Source: Humibacter sp. (GTDB taxonomy: Bacteria > Actinomycetota > Actinomycetes > Actinomycetales > Microbacteriaceae). From it: DNA of 64,000 nucleotides. The notes under the pieces were generated by a model, which was not told the origin of the DNA, searched no databases, and was given only the letters and a program-made list of their open reading frames with translations. Shown here piece by piece: positions 39,533-47,817 of this stretch (the first letter of the stretch is position 1; the number at the start of each line of letters is the position of its first letter). Location: NCBI GenBank assembly GCA_035564555.1, contig DATMTS010000093.1, positions 19,314-83,313 of the forward strand. Reading direction: 5' to 3'. Position numbers and translations under genes: made by a program.

Positions 39533-40582
39533 GTGACCCGCGTGACGATTCAGGGCATCGCAGACCGATTGGGCATCTCGAAGGCGTCCGTTTCGTACGC
39601 GCTGAACGGCCAACCGGGCGTCAGCGACGCGACGCGCGAGCGCGTGCTCGCGCTCGCCGCGGAACTCGGCTGGCGACCGTCCTCGAGCGCGCGATCGCTC
39701 TCCCGCTCCCGTGCGGATGCGATCGGCATGGTTCTCAAGCGCGACCCGGAGATGCTCGGCAACGAGCCGTACTACATGCGCACGCTGGAGGGCATCGAAG
39801 ACGTGCTTGCGCGCGCCGACGTCTCGCTGCTGCTGCGTATGACGGGTACCACGCCGGGCCGTGATCTCGAGGTCTATCGGCAGTGGAGCGCCGAACGCAG
39901 AGTCGATGGCGTCATCGTCTTCGACCGCGTCGTCGACGACCCACGGCCCGCTCTGTTCGAGTCGCTGGGCCTGCCTTACGTGCTGCACGGACTGTGGGCC
40001 CCCACCGCCGACGGCAGGATCACGATCGATGACCAGGCACGGGACGCGGAACTGCTCATGCGGCATCTCGCCTCGCTCGGGCATCGCAGGCTGGTGCATC
40101 TGAGCGGGCCGGTGTTCCTCGCGCACGAACTCGACCGTCGCGACCACATCGCCCGAGAGGCGCGCTCGGCGGGGATCGCGGTGCGTTTCGTCGCGGGCGA
40201 CTACACGCTCGACGGAGCGCAGTCGATGGTCGGAGCGATGCTCGCCGGCACCTTCGGCGAGACGGCGATCATCGCATCCAACGACCTGATGGCGCTCGGC
40301 ACACTGGCCGCTCTGCGGACTGCGGGTCGCCTCGACATCGCCCTCGCAAGCTGGGACGACTCGATCATCTGCCGGATCGCCACCCCCACCGTCACCGCCT
40401 TGGCGCGGCATCCCGATGAGCAGGGTCGCCGCAGCGCCCGGATGCTGCTGGAAGAGTTGGAACGCGGCTCCGCCGACCAGGGCGAGCCGATCCACAGCGA
40501 CCTCGTTGTGCGCGAGACGAGTGTGCGCGCGATCGACGACGTCGACATGCTGCGGGCTGCCGGAGATACGGTGGACGCATGA
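39533..40582 (+). CDS. LacI family transcriptional regulator
   Basis: GTG start after GGAAGGAGG. N-terminal HTH TIQGIADRLGISKASVSYALNG plus periplasmic-binding-protein-like effector domain. Confidence 0.85.
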   Translation: MTRVTIQGIADRLGISKASVSYALNGQPGVSDATRERVLALAAELGWRPSSSARSLSRSRADAIGMVLKRDPEMLGNEPYYMRTLEGIEDVLARADVSLLLRMTGTTPGRDLEVYRQWSAERRVDGVIVFDRVVDDPRPALFESLGLPYVLHGLWAPTADGRITIDDQARDAELLMRHLASLGHRRLVHLSGPVFLAHELDRRDHIAREARSAGIAVRFVAGDYTLDGAQSMVGAMLAGTFGETAIIASNDLMALGTLAALRTAGRLDIALASWDDSIICRIATPTVTALARHPDEQGRRSARMLLEELERGSADQGEPIHSDLVVRETSVRAIDDVDMLRAAGDTVDA

Positions 40583-41058
40583 CCGATCACACCCGGCTCT
40601 CCCCCGGCGAACCCGCACCCGCGTTCACCCTCTCCGATCAGGACGGCGCGGAGGTCTCGCTCGCCGACTACGCGGGCGAGAACGTCATCGTGTACTTCTA
40701 CCCGGCGGCCATGACGCCCGGCTGCACCACGCAGGCGTGCGACTTCCGCGACAATCTGAACGCACTGGTCGCGGCGGGATACCGCGTGCTCGGGATCTCC
40801 AAGGACGAACCCGCCAAGCTGCGCGAGTTCCGTGAAGCGGAGGCGCTCACGTTCCCGCTGCTCTCCGACCCCGGACTCACGGTGCATCGGGCGTACGGCG
40901 CCTACGGCGAGAAGATGCTCTACGGCAAGCAGGTGACGGGCGTGCTGCGCTCGACGTTCGTCGTCGACCCGGACGGTTCGATCCGGCTCGCGCTGTACAA
41001 CGTGAAGGCCACCGGCCATGTCGCGTCGCTGCGCAAGAAGCTCGGGCTGGTCGCCTGA
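40579..41058 (+). CDS. bcp: Thioredoxin-dependent thiol peroxidase (peroxiredoxin Bcp)
   Basis: ATGA overlap with the lacI-family stop. Peroxidatic motif YPAAMTPGCTTQAC (PxxxTxxC with resolving Cys five residues on). Confidence 0.9.
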   Translation: MTDHTRLSPGEPAPAFTLSDQDGAEVSLADYAGENVIVYFYPAAMTPGCTTQACDFRDNLNALVAAGYRVLGISKDEPAKLREFREAEALTFPLLSDPGLTVHRAYGAYGEKMLYGKQVTGVLRSTFVVDPDGSIRLALYNVKATGHVASLRKKLGLVA

Positions 41059-41071
41059 CCGGAGGACGAGG

Positions 41072-41512
41072 TCACCGTTCGTCCGGGCGCAGCGCTCGGG
41101 TGACAGGGGGTGAGATCACCAGCAGGATGCCGATCACGCTCGGCACCAGCAGCGCCCACCCGATCCCCGGTTCGGCCGTGAGGCCCTGGAAGCATCCGAT
41201 CGCGACGGCGAGCATGATCAACTGCCAGGTCAGGGCGAGCGCACGGATCCAGGGTCGAACACGAAGCGCTCCGACCGCTGCGACGATGACCCAGAGCGCG
41301 CCGATGGCCGCGCTGATGAGGATCGCAAGCGCGCTCGGCAGGGATGCTCCGGGCTGTGTCGCGAGTTGAAGCAGTAGCCAGCCGACCAGCCCCACCATGA
41401 GGGCGGCCTCGAGGATGAGGATGCCGGCGAGCGCGATCAGCAGAGGTGGTCGCCGCTGTCTTTCTGGCCGGTGGTCGGCCATATCATGCCCAGATTTCCG
41501 GCGCGTGTTCAC
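41072..41512 (-). CDS. Four-TM membrane protein, function unknown
   Basis: Hydrophobic profile only. The likely start is ATG 41482 (MADHRPERQ...) rather than GTG 41512. Confidence 0.5.
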   Translation of the reverse strand: MNTRRKSGHDMADHRPERQRRPPLLIALAGILILEAALMVGLVGWLLLQLATQPGASLPSALAILISAAIGALWVIVAAVGALRVRPWIRALALTWQLIMLAVAIGCFQGLTAEPGIGWALLVPSVIGILLVISPPVTRALRPDER

Positions 41513-41696
41513 AGAGTTATCCCATACAAAACTATTGATTTGGCTCTACCAGTATGCGACCATATTTGAGGTCGAGTTGACGCTCACAGGGTCGTGGGCA
41601 GGTCGCATCCCCACCGTGATTCAAAGGCCCTGCAACTCGCCGCTACCCGAAATCTGGCCTATCGGCCATGCATTCAGCAACAAAAGGAGCACCGTC

Positions 41697-41945
41697 ATGG
41701 ATTGGCGCGACAAAGCCGCCTGCCTTACAGCCGACCCCGAGCTTTTCTTCCCCGTCGGCAACACGGGTCCGGCCGTCGACCAGATCGACAAGGCCAAGGC
41801 GGTTTGCGCCCGGTGCACGGTCACCGAAGTCTGCCTGCAGTACGCGCTCGAGACCGGCCAGGACTCGGGCGTCTGGGGCGGACTCTCCGAAGACGAGCGC
41901 CGCGCACTCAAGCGCCGCGCAGCTCGCGCGCGCCGCGCCTCCTGA
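41697..41945 (+). CDS. whiB1: WhiB-family [4Fe-4S] transcription factor, WhiB1/WblE orthologue
   Basis: ATG 41697 after AAGGAG. MDWRDKAACLTADPELFFPVGNTGPA...AKAVCARCTVTEVCLQYALETGQDSGVWGGLSEDERRALKRR is near-colinear with M. tuberculosis WhiB1. Four Cys and the GVWGG turn are present. Confidence 0.9.
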   Translation: MDWRDKAACLTADPELFFPVGNTGPAVDQIDKAKAVCARCTVTEVCLQYALETGQDSGVWGGLSEDERRALKRRAARARRAS

Positions 41946-41963
41946 TTCCCGGCACGGGATGCC

Positions 41964-43454
41964 TCACACGCGGCTGAGGTAGCGCAACGGCACCTCGATG
42001 GTCACCTCGGTACCCGTGCCGACCATGGTGTGCCAGTCGATCGTCCCGCTGAGTTCGCCCTGGATCAGGGTGCGCACGATCTGCGTGCCGAGACCGGAGC
42101 CGACCTTGCCCTCGGGCAGGCCGGAGCCGTTGTCCACGACCTTCACGGTCAGCGTGTCCGCCGACCGGTTCGCCACGATCTCGACCTCGCCGCTGCGGCC
42201 GGCCAGCCCGTGCTCGACGGCGTTCGTGACCAACTCGGTCAGTGCGAGCGCCAGCGGCGTGGCATACTCGCTCGGCAGTTCGCCGAAGCTGCCCGTCGAC
42301 TTCGGATGCACCGTGGTGTTGTGGCTTGCCGCGACCTCTGCGACCAGCAGCAGCACCCGGTCGAAGACGTCGTCGAAGTCGACGATCTGCGCCAGGCCCT
42401 CGGAGAGGGTGTCGTGCACCACCGCGATCGCGGCGACCCGGCGCATCGCCTGGCTGAGCGCCTCGCGCGCCTCGTCGGAGTGGGTGCGGCGCGCCTGGAT
42501 GCGCAGCAGGGATGCCACGGTCTGCAGATTGTTCTTCACCCGGTGGTGGATCTCGCGGATCGTCGCGTCCTTCGTGATGAGTTCGCGCTCCTGGTGCCGC
42601 AGTTCGGTCACATCGCGGCACAGCACGATCGCCCCGGTGCGCTCGCCCCGGTTGCGGATCGGGATCGTGCGCAGCGACACGGTCACCCCGCGCGCCTCGA
42701 TGTCGGTGCGCCACGGCGCGCGACCGGTGACGACCAGCGGGAGGGACTCGTCGACGATGATGTTACCGGCGAGCAGCCGCGTGGTGACCTCGGCGAGCGA
42801 CTCGCCTTCGAGTTCGTCCGCGAAACCCATCCGGTTGAACGCCGAGAGCGCGTTCGGGCTGGCGAACGTCGTGGTCCCGTCGACGTCGAGCCGGATCAGG
42901 CCGTCCGAGGCGCGCGGGGCACCGCGCCGCGGTCCCGTCGGCGCGCCCAGGTCGGGGAAGTCGCCTGAGGCGATCATCGCGAACAGGTCGTTGGCGCATT
43001 CGTTGAACGTGAGCTCCTGGCGACTCGGCGTGCGTGCCGCGCTCAGGTTGGTATGCCGCGTGAGCACGCCGATCGGCGTGCGCACGGTCTCCGCGCTGTT
43101 CGGCGACACCCGGCGGATCACCGGAACCGCGCGAAGCCTGGTGGGCATCTCCTCGTACCAGTCCGGCGCGTTGGAATCCACGATCGATGCCGACTCGAAC
43201 GCCTCGACGACCTGGTCGCGCCACTGCGGCTTGACGCCCTGCCCGACGAAGTCGCGGTAGAAGAGCGTCGCCGCGCTCGACGGACGCGAGTGAGCGACGG
43301 CGACGAATCCGTCATCGGTCGGCACCCACAACACGATGTCGGCGAACGCCAGGTCGGCAAGCAACTGGCCGTCTCCGACCAGCATGTGCAACCACTCGAT
43401 GTCCTCCGGTGCGGAGCGGCCGTGGGCGATCATGAGTTCACTGAGCGTCGACAT
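41964..43454 (-). CDS. pdtaS: Cytoplasmic GAF-PAS sensor histidine kinase, PdtaS-like (HisKA_2)
   Basis: ORF trimmed to ATG 43454-43452. No TM segments. H-box EIHHRVKNNLQ, HATPase LTELVTNAVEHG...DNGSGLP. Convergent with whiB1, as Rv3219/Rv3220c in M. tuberculosis. Confidence 0.8.
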   Translation of the reverse strand: MSTLSELMIAHGRSAPEDIEWLHMLVGDGQLLADLAFADIVLWVPTDDGFVAVAHSRPSSAATLFYRDFVGQGVKPQWRDQVVEAFESASIVDSNAPDWYEEMPTRLRAVPVIRRVSPNSAETVRTPIGVLTRHTNLSAARTPSRQELTFNECANDLFAMIASGDFPDLGAPTGPRRGAPRASDGLIRLDVDGTTTFASPNALSAFNRMGFADELEGESLAEVTTRLLAGNIIVDESLPLVVTGRAPWRTDIEARGVTVSLRTIPIRNRGERTGAIVLCRDVTELRHQERELITKDATIREIHHRVKNNLQTVASLLRIQARRTHSDEAREALSQAMRRVAAIAVVHDTLSEGLAQIVDFDDVFDRVLLLVAEVAASHNTTVHPKSTGSFGELPSEYATPLALALTELVTNAVEHGLAGRSGEVEIVANRSADTLTVKVVDNGSGLPEGKVGSGLGTQIVRTLIQGELSGTIDWHTMVGTGTEVTIEVPLRYLSRV

Positions 43455-43525
43455 CCTGCACAGTCTAAGCGCGCACCGGGATGCGGGTCGCCATCGGGGT
43501 GCGCTGCACGGGAGAACGGCTGACC

Positions 43526-44791
43526 TCACGCCGTCAGCGATGGTGCGACGCGGCTACGACGGCTCCTGCGTCCGGCTCGGCCGGCGGGTAACGCATCGGG
43601 TTCGGGCAGCAGCACATCCTCGACGAGGGTGCGGATGCCGGCGCGCAGGGGCGACTTGGCCGCCGCATCGCGCAGCGTGCGGCCGGTGAGCAGTGCTGCA
43701 TCGCATCCCGCTGGGTCGTCGGGCAGCAGCCCATCCGCTTTGATGCTGCCGAACCTGGCCAGGGTCGAGGCGACCTGTGCGAACGGCCCGATACCCACCG
43801 CGCTTGAGCGCACCCGATTCACGACGACGTGCGAGCGCACGCCGGGCACCGCATCGACCAGTTCCACATACCCGCGCAGCAACCGGGAGAGGCCGACCGG
43901 GTCGGCGAGCCCGACGGCGATCACGCGGTCGGCGGCGCGCAGCGCGGCAAGTGTCGCAGCATTCCTTCGAGGCGCGAAGAGGTCGCTGGAGATCTCTTCG
44001 TCGCTCTCAAGGCAGAACGCCACGTCGACGACCACGAAATCGGCCCAGCCTGCGCAGGCGGCAAGGGTGCTGGTGACCCGCTCCGCCGTGAGTTCCGGCC
44101 AGCGTGAGGCGCGACCGAGGCCGGTGAGAACCCGGAAGGCGCCTCGCGGCGCCACGTAGCGCTGTGCGACGCGTTCGAACTCGGCGCGGCTGAACCCGCC
44201 CGCCGCACTCAGGCGGCAGGCCGCGGCGAAGCCCGGCGCCTCATCGAGCAGACCCAACGCGGGACACACCGCGCCCCCATAGCAATCGGCATCGATCAGC
44301 ACCACCGAATGGCCGTACGACGCGAGTTCGGCGGCGACGTTGATCGCCACCGTCGTGCGCCCCGGCGCCCCGGCCGGTCCCCACACGGCGACGACAGTAG
44401 CGGTCGCCGTCGCTGACCCGCCCGATCGTGCTGCGGCATCCAGCCGCCCCGGAACCGTGCTCAGCAGAGCCTGTAGCTCATCGCAATCCGCATCGGCGTC
44501 GAGCACGTCGAACAGGCCGAGCTCTGCGGCGTGCCGCCGCTCGAACTCGCTGCCGGCCAACACGACCAGCCGCACCCCGCGTTCGTCGCAACCGGCGACG
44601 AGCGCCTCCGTGAGCCGCGACGTAGACCCACCGACGATGGCAGCTTCGACGGGCGGCTCGGCGCGCTCGCACGCCGCAAGCACCTCGCGGGCCGACTGCA
44701 CGCGTGCCACCAGTTCGTGTCCTCGACCCATCAGGTCGGCGACGATACGGTCTTCGACCCGCGCCTCGAGCGCCAGCACGATGCGCGTCAT
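43526..44791 (-). CDS. CpaE/TadZ/Ssd-like ParA-fold protein with N-terminal receiver-like domain and degenerate Walker A
   Basis: N-terminal roughly 110 aa resemble a pseudo-receiver. The P-loop region reads VAVWGPAGAPGRTTVAINVAAELA (no KGGxxGK[ST] lysines). IDAD Walker A' and ParA-like core follow. Family call by eye only. Confidence 0.6.
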   Translation of the reverse strand: MTRIVLALEARVEDRIVADLMGRGHELVARVQSAREVLAACERAEPPVEAAIVGGSTSRLTEALVAGCDERGVRLVVLAGSEFERRHAAELGLFDVLDADADCDELQALLSTVPGRLDAAARSGGSATATATVVAVWGPAGAPGRTTVAINVAAELASYGHSVVLIDADCYGGAVCPALGLLDEAPGFAAACRLSAAGGFSRAEFERVAQRYVAPRGAFRVLTGLGRASRWPELTAERVTSTLAACAGWADFVVVDVAFCLESDEEISSDLFAPRRNAATLAALRAADRVIAVGLADPVGLSRLLRGYVELVDAVPGVRSHVVVNRVRSSAVGIGPFAQVASTLARFGSIKADGLLPDDPAGCDAALLTGRTLRDAAAKSPLRAGIRTLVEDVLLPEPDALPAGRAGRRSRRSRVAPSLTA

Positions 44792-45438
44792 GGTCGGTCG
44801 CTCGCTTCGGCGACGCGCCCGAGATCGGCGGGGAGAACCGAGATCGCGGCGCCGTCGGCGATCGCCTGCAGAACGGAGGCCGTCTGCGCCGTCGGAACAC
44901 GCACCTCGACGTAAACCGTGCTGCGGTCGCCGACGAGCGCGTCGTCGTGATCGACCCTCACGACCGCAGCATGGCCGACGAGCACGGCGGGCGGACCGTA
45001 CGTGTCGTGTTCGGTCTGCTCCGCTGCCCAGACATCGACGTTCGATCCCGTCTCGATCGAGGATGCGAGCGGGGCCCGCGCCGCAACGACGACGCTCGTC
45101 AGCGCCGCGTCACCGGCGTCCGCCACGGCCGACGCCGGCACGAGTTCGCCCGCTGCGACGGTTCGGGCGATCAAGAACCCGCCGTCGGGGACATCGCCGC
45201 GGGAGAGGTAGCGGGATGCGGCGGCGCCCAGCCGCACATGGGATGCCACCAGGTCGTCCGCCTGCACGACCTCACCGGCCGCGAGCGTGTTGCGGGCGGC
45301 GTACACCTCGGTGCTCGTCTGTGCCGAGGTCACCAGCGCGTAGACGCCCGCGATCGAGGCGAACACCAGTGTGATGCCGATGGCCAGCCGAGGATCGACT
45401 CGGAACCCGCGCCCGGCGTCACGCTGTCTGCTCGTCAT
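44788..45438 (-). CDS. SAF-domain membrane-anchored protein (CpaB/RcpC-like)
   Basis: ORF 44788..45702 trimmed to ATG 45438-45436 after GGAGG. Single TM (IGITLVFASIAGVYALV) followed by a SAF-like segment (LAAGEVVQADDL). ATGA coupling to the downstream ParA-like gene. Confidence 0.6.
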   Translation of the reverse strand: MTSRQRDAGRGFRVDPRLAIGITLVFASIAGVYALVTSAQTSTEVYAARNTLAAGEVVQADDLVASHVRLGAAASRYLSRGDVPDGGFLIARTVAAGELVPASAVADAGDAALTSVVVAARAPLASSIETGSNVDVWAAEQTEHDTYGPPAVLVGHAAVVRVDHDDALVGDRSTVYVEVRVPTAQTASVLQAIADGAAISVLPADLGRVAEASDRP

Positions 45439-45502
45439 GCCGGCCTCCGTTCGTTCAGCGACTGCTGTCCATCGTGGTCTTTCCGGCGGGCGCGTGTGAA
45501 AG

Positions 45503-45511
45503 TTATCCACA
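45503..45511 (+). promoter_or_regulatory. Perfect DnaA-box-like 9-mer TTATCCACA in the divergent promoter region
   Basis: Read directly at 45503-45511, embedded in TGTGAAAGTTATCCACA. The functional assignment is inference. Confidence 0.3.
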
Positions 45512-45523
45512 AGGCGGTGCTGC

Positions 45524-45820
45524 ATGGCCGACGGGGAGAATAATCGAAGCATGACCGAATCCGCCGATGCGAGCGCGCGCTTCCTCTCGCTCGCCGACAC
45601 GGCCGAGATCCTCTCGGTGGAGGCCTCGGACGTGACGGCCCTGGTGACGAGCGGGGAGCTTCCGGCGATCCGGGTCGGCGGCCGCTGGCGGGTCGAGCGC
45701 ACGGTGCTCGAGGCCTACATCGACGCCATGTACGAGGAGAGCCGCAGGCGCGCGTTGTGGGCGCAGTCGGACTTCGCGAATCTGCCCGAGTTGTCGGGCG
45801 GCACCATCATCGAACGCTAG
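45524..45820 (+). CDS. Excisionase-family (HTH_17/MerR-like) DNA-binding protein
   Basis: LSLADTAEILSVEASDVTALVTSGELPAIRVGGRWRVERTVLEAYI is a typical HTH_17 helix-turn-helix/wing. The start could be the internal ATG (MTESAD...). Confidence 0.7.
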   Translation: MADGENNRSMTESADASARFLSLADTAEILSVEASDVTALVTSGELPAIRVGGRWRVERTVLEAYIDAMYEESRRRALWAQSDFANLPELSGGTIIER

Positions 45821-45854
45821 ACCGTCTGCCGAGCACCGGCGTTACGCTGGGCGC

Positions 45855-46970
45855 ATGGCTGACCCGCGTTTCCCGGCATCCGTCTATGCATCCCGCCTGC
45901 AACGCGCGGCGGCCGGCGCCGCCACGGCAGGGATCGATGCGCTGATCATCGGCCCGGGCCCCGATCTGCGCTACCTCACCGGTTCCCGCGCGAGCACCTT
46001 CGAACGACTCACCGCGCTGGTGGTGCCCGCGACGGCCGAACCCACGGTCGTAGTGCCCCGCATGGAGGCGGCCGCATTGCGCGAGTCCGCGATCGCGGAG
46101 CTGGGTCTGCGCGTGCTCGACTGGGTGGACGGCGACGACCCGTACGCATCGGCCCTCGGCGCCGCGGCACCGATCGGCACCTTGGCGGTGTCCGAATCTA
46201 TGCCGGCACTGCATGTCATCGAGCTGGCCGACCGCGCAGGCGCCGTGCCGCGGCTGGCCACCCCTGTGCTGCGGGAACTGCGCATGGTGAAGGATGCCGC
46301 GGAGATCGACGCGCTGCGTCTCGCGGGCACGGCGATCGACCGCGTGCATGCACGGATGGGACAGTGGTTGCGCGTCGGCCGTACCGAAAGCGTCGTCGCC
46401 GCGGATCTCGCTGCCGCGATCGTCGCCGCCGGCCACACCGCAGCGGAGTTCGTCATCGTCGGATCGGGCCCGAACGCCGCCGATCCGCATCACGAGGTAT
46501 CCGACCGAGTGATCGTCGAGGGCGATGTCGTCGTGGTCGACATCGGCGGATCCGTACCGGCCGGATACAACTCCGACAGCACTCGGACATATCGCCTCGG
46601 GAACGTTCCCGACGCCATCAGCCGAAGCTATGCGGTGTTGCAGGAGGCCCAGCAGGCGGCGGTGGATGCCGCGCGTCCCGGTGCCACGGCGGGAGAGGTC
46701 GACGAGGCGGCCCGCGCGGTGCTCGAACGCGCGGGACTCGCCGAGAACTTCATCCATCGCACCGGTCATGGCATCGGACTCGCCGTGCATGAGGAGCCCT
46801 ATATCATCGCCGGCGACGACACGGTCTTACGGCCCGGGATGACGTTCAGCGTGGAACCCGGAATCTATTTCCCGGGCGAATGGGGTGCCCGGATCGAAGA
46901 CATCGTCGTGGTAACGGACACCGGCAGCGAACGGTTGAACGCTCGGCCGCGCGGGCTGACCGCGGTTTAG
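45855..46970 (+). CDS. M24 family metallopeptidase (Xaa-Pro dipeptidase-like)
   Basis: Creatinase/prolidase N-domain plus pita-bread metal ligands: DIGG...YNSD, HRTGHGIGL, FSVEPG, ARIED. Confidence 0.85.
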   Translation: MADPRFPASVYASRLQRAAAGAATAGIDALIIGPGPDLRYLTGSRASTFERLTALVVPATAEPTVVVPRMEAAALRESAIAELGLRVLDWVDGDDPYASALGAAAPIGTLAVSESMPALHVIELADRAGAVPRLATPVLRELRMVKDAAEIDALRLAGTAIDRVHARMGQWLRVGRTESVVAADLAAAIVAAGHTAAEFVIVGSGPNAADPHHEVSDRVIVEGDVVVVDIGGSVPAGYNSDSTRTYRLGNVPDAISRSYAVLQEAQQAAVDAARPGATAGEVDEAARAVLERAGLAENFIHRTGHGIGLAVHEEPYIIAGDDTVLRPGMTFSVEPGIYFPGEWGARIEDIVVVTDTGSERLNARPRGLTAV

Positions 46971-46997
46971 GTCGCCTGCAGCAGCCCGATCGCGTCG

Positions 46998-47594
46998 TCA
47001 CCGTACCCGGAGCAGCACGATCGTGGCCAGCGGCACGATGCGCAGCTCCGTCACGTTCGCCGCCCGCCGAGTGGAGCCCGGCTCGTGCACGGCGAGATCG
47101 ACGTGGTCGCGGCCGACCCGATCGATCGTTCCGTGCACCTCGGATTCGCCGGTGCCGATCGAGACCGCCGCGCGTCGGCGGCAGAAGTCCCGTAGCACGA
47201 ACGCGAGGCCGAGCCGGTCGACCAGCCGTGACCGGGGTCCGGCCGCTTCGGCCGTGCTGGCGGGGAGGGTCGCGTCCGTGAGCGTGATCGAGGCGATGGC
47301 GGCAAGCGGTACGACGATCTGATCGCTGCCGGAACGGGATGCCGCCGGAGCGATCAGGTCGGCGGCGAACCAGTCCTTTCCGAAGGTGACGGGACGCACT
47401 GCGACCGCTCGTCCGTCGGTCAGGCGCATCGCGATCGGTGCGCCGTCCGACTCCGCGACGGACATCAGTCGGTCGCGCACGGTCAGCCTGGCCAAGCGCA
47501 GACGTTCCTCCTCTGCGCGCAGGTCGATCTCCTCCGCGTCGAGTTCGTGCTCGAGCTGGCTCTCTAGGTCGTCGAAGAGGTTGTCCCAGCGCAT
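46998..47594 (-). CDS. Conserved hypothetical protein (acidic coiled N-terminus plus two small beta-rich repeats)
   Basis: Clean 198-aa ORF with non-shadow composition. No family recognised. Confidence 0.5.
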   Translation of the reverse strand: MRWDNLFDDLESQLEHELDAEEIDLRAEEERLRLARLTVRDRLMSVAESDGAPIAMRLTDGRAVAVRPVTFGKDWFAADLIAPAASRSGSDQIVVPLAAIASITLTDATLPASTAEAAGPRSRLVDRLGLAFVLRDFCRRRAAVSIGTGESEVHGTIDRVGRDHVDLAVHEPGSTRRAANVTELRIVPLATIVLLRVR

Positions 47595-47677
47595 TTCAGC
47601 GGGCGTGGCGGCTGCGGATGATGATCACGTGCCGAGAATATCGGCCGGTCGGCGGCATCCGTTGGGACTTTCCACAG

Positions 47678-47689
47678 GGCATATATGCC
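47678..47689. promoter_or_regulatory. 12-bp perfect palindrome GGCATATATGCC in a reduced-GC divergent intergenic region
   Basis: Read directly. The surrounding 70 nt (47661-47730) are about 49% G+C by my count, against roughly 70% elsewhere. Confidence 0.3.
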
Positions 47690-47817
47690 GTAGACAGATG
47701 TTTCCACTGCCTGCTTGAGTTTCATGCCAAGCACGGCCCCCGTACGGGGGATGCCGGAGGCGCCGATCCGGACGCGTGCCTCCTCTGCACGCCCATCGAC
47801 GCATCCGGGAGCCCACC

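Noticed and set aside
41483-41696. Canonical CRP/GlxR site (TGTGA-N6-TCACA) upstream of whiB1
   Set aside because: Only isolated TCACA half-sites are present. The positions where the partner half-site should be read CCGGC and CGAGT.
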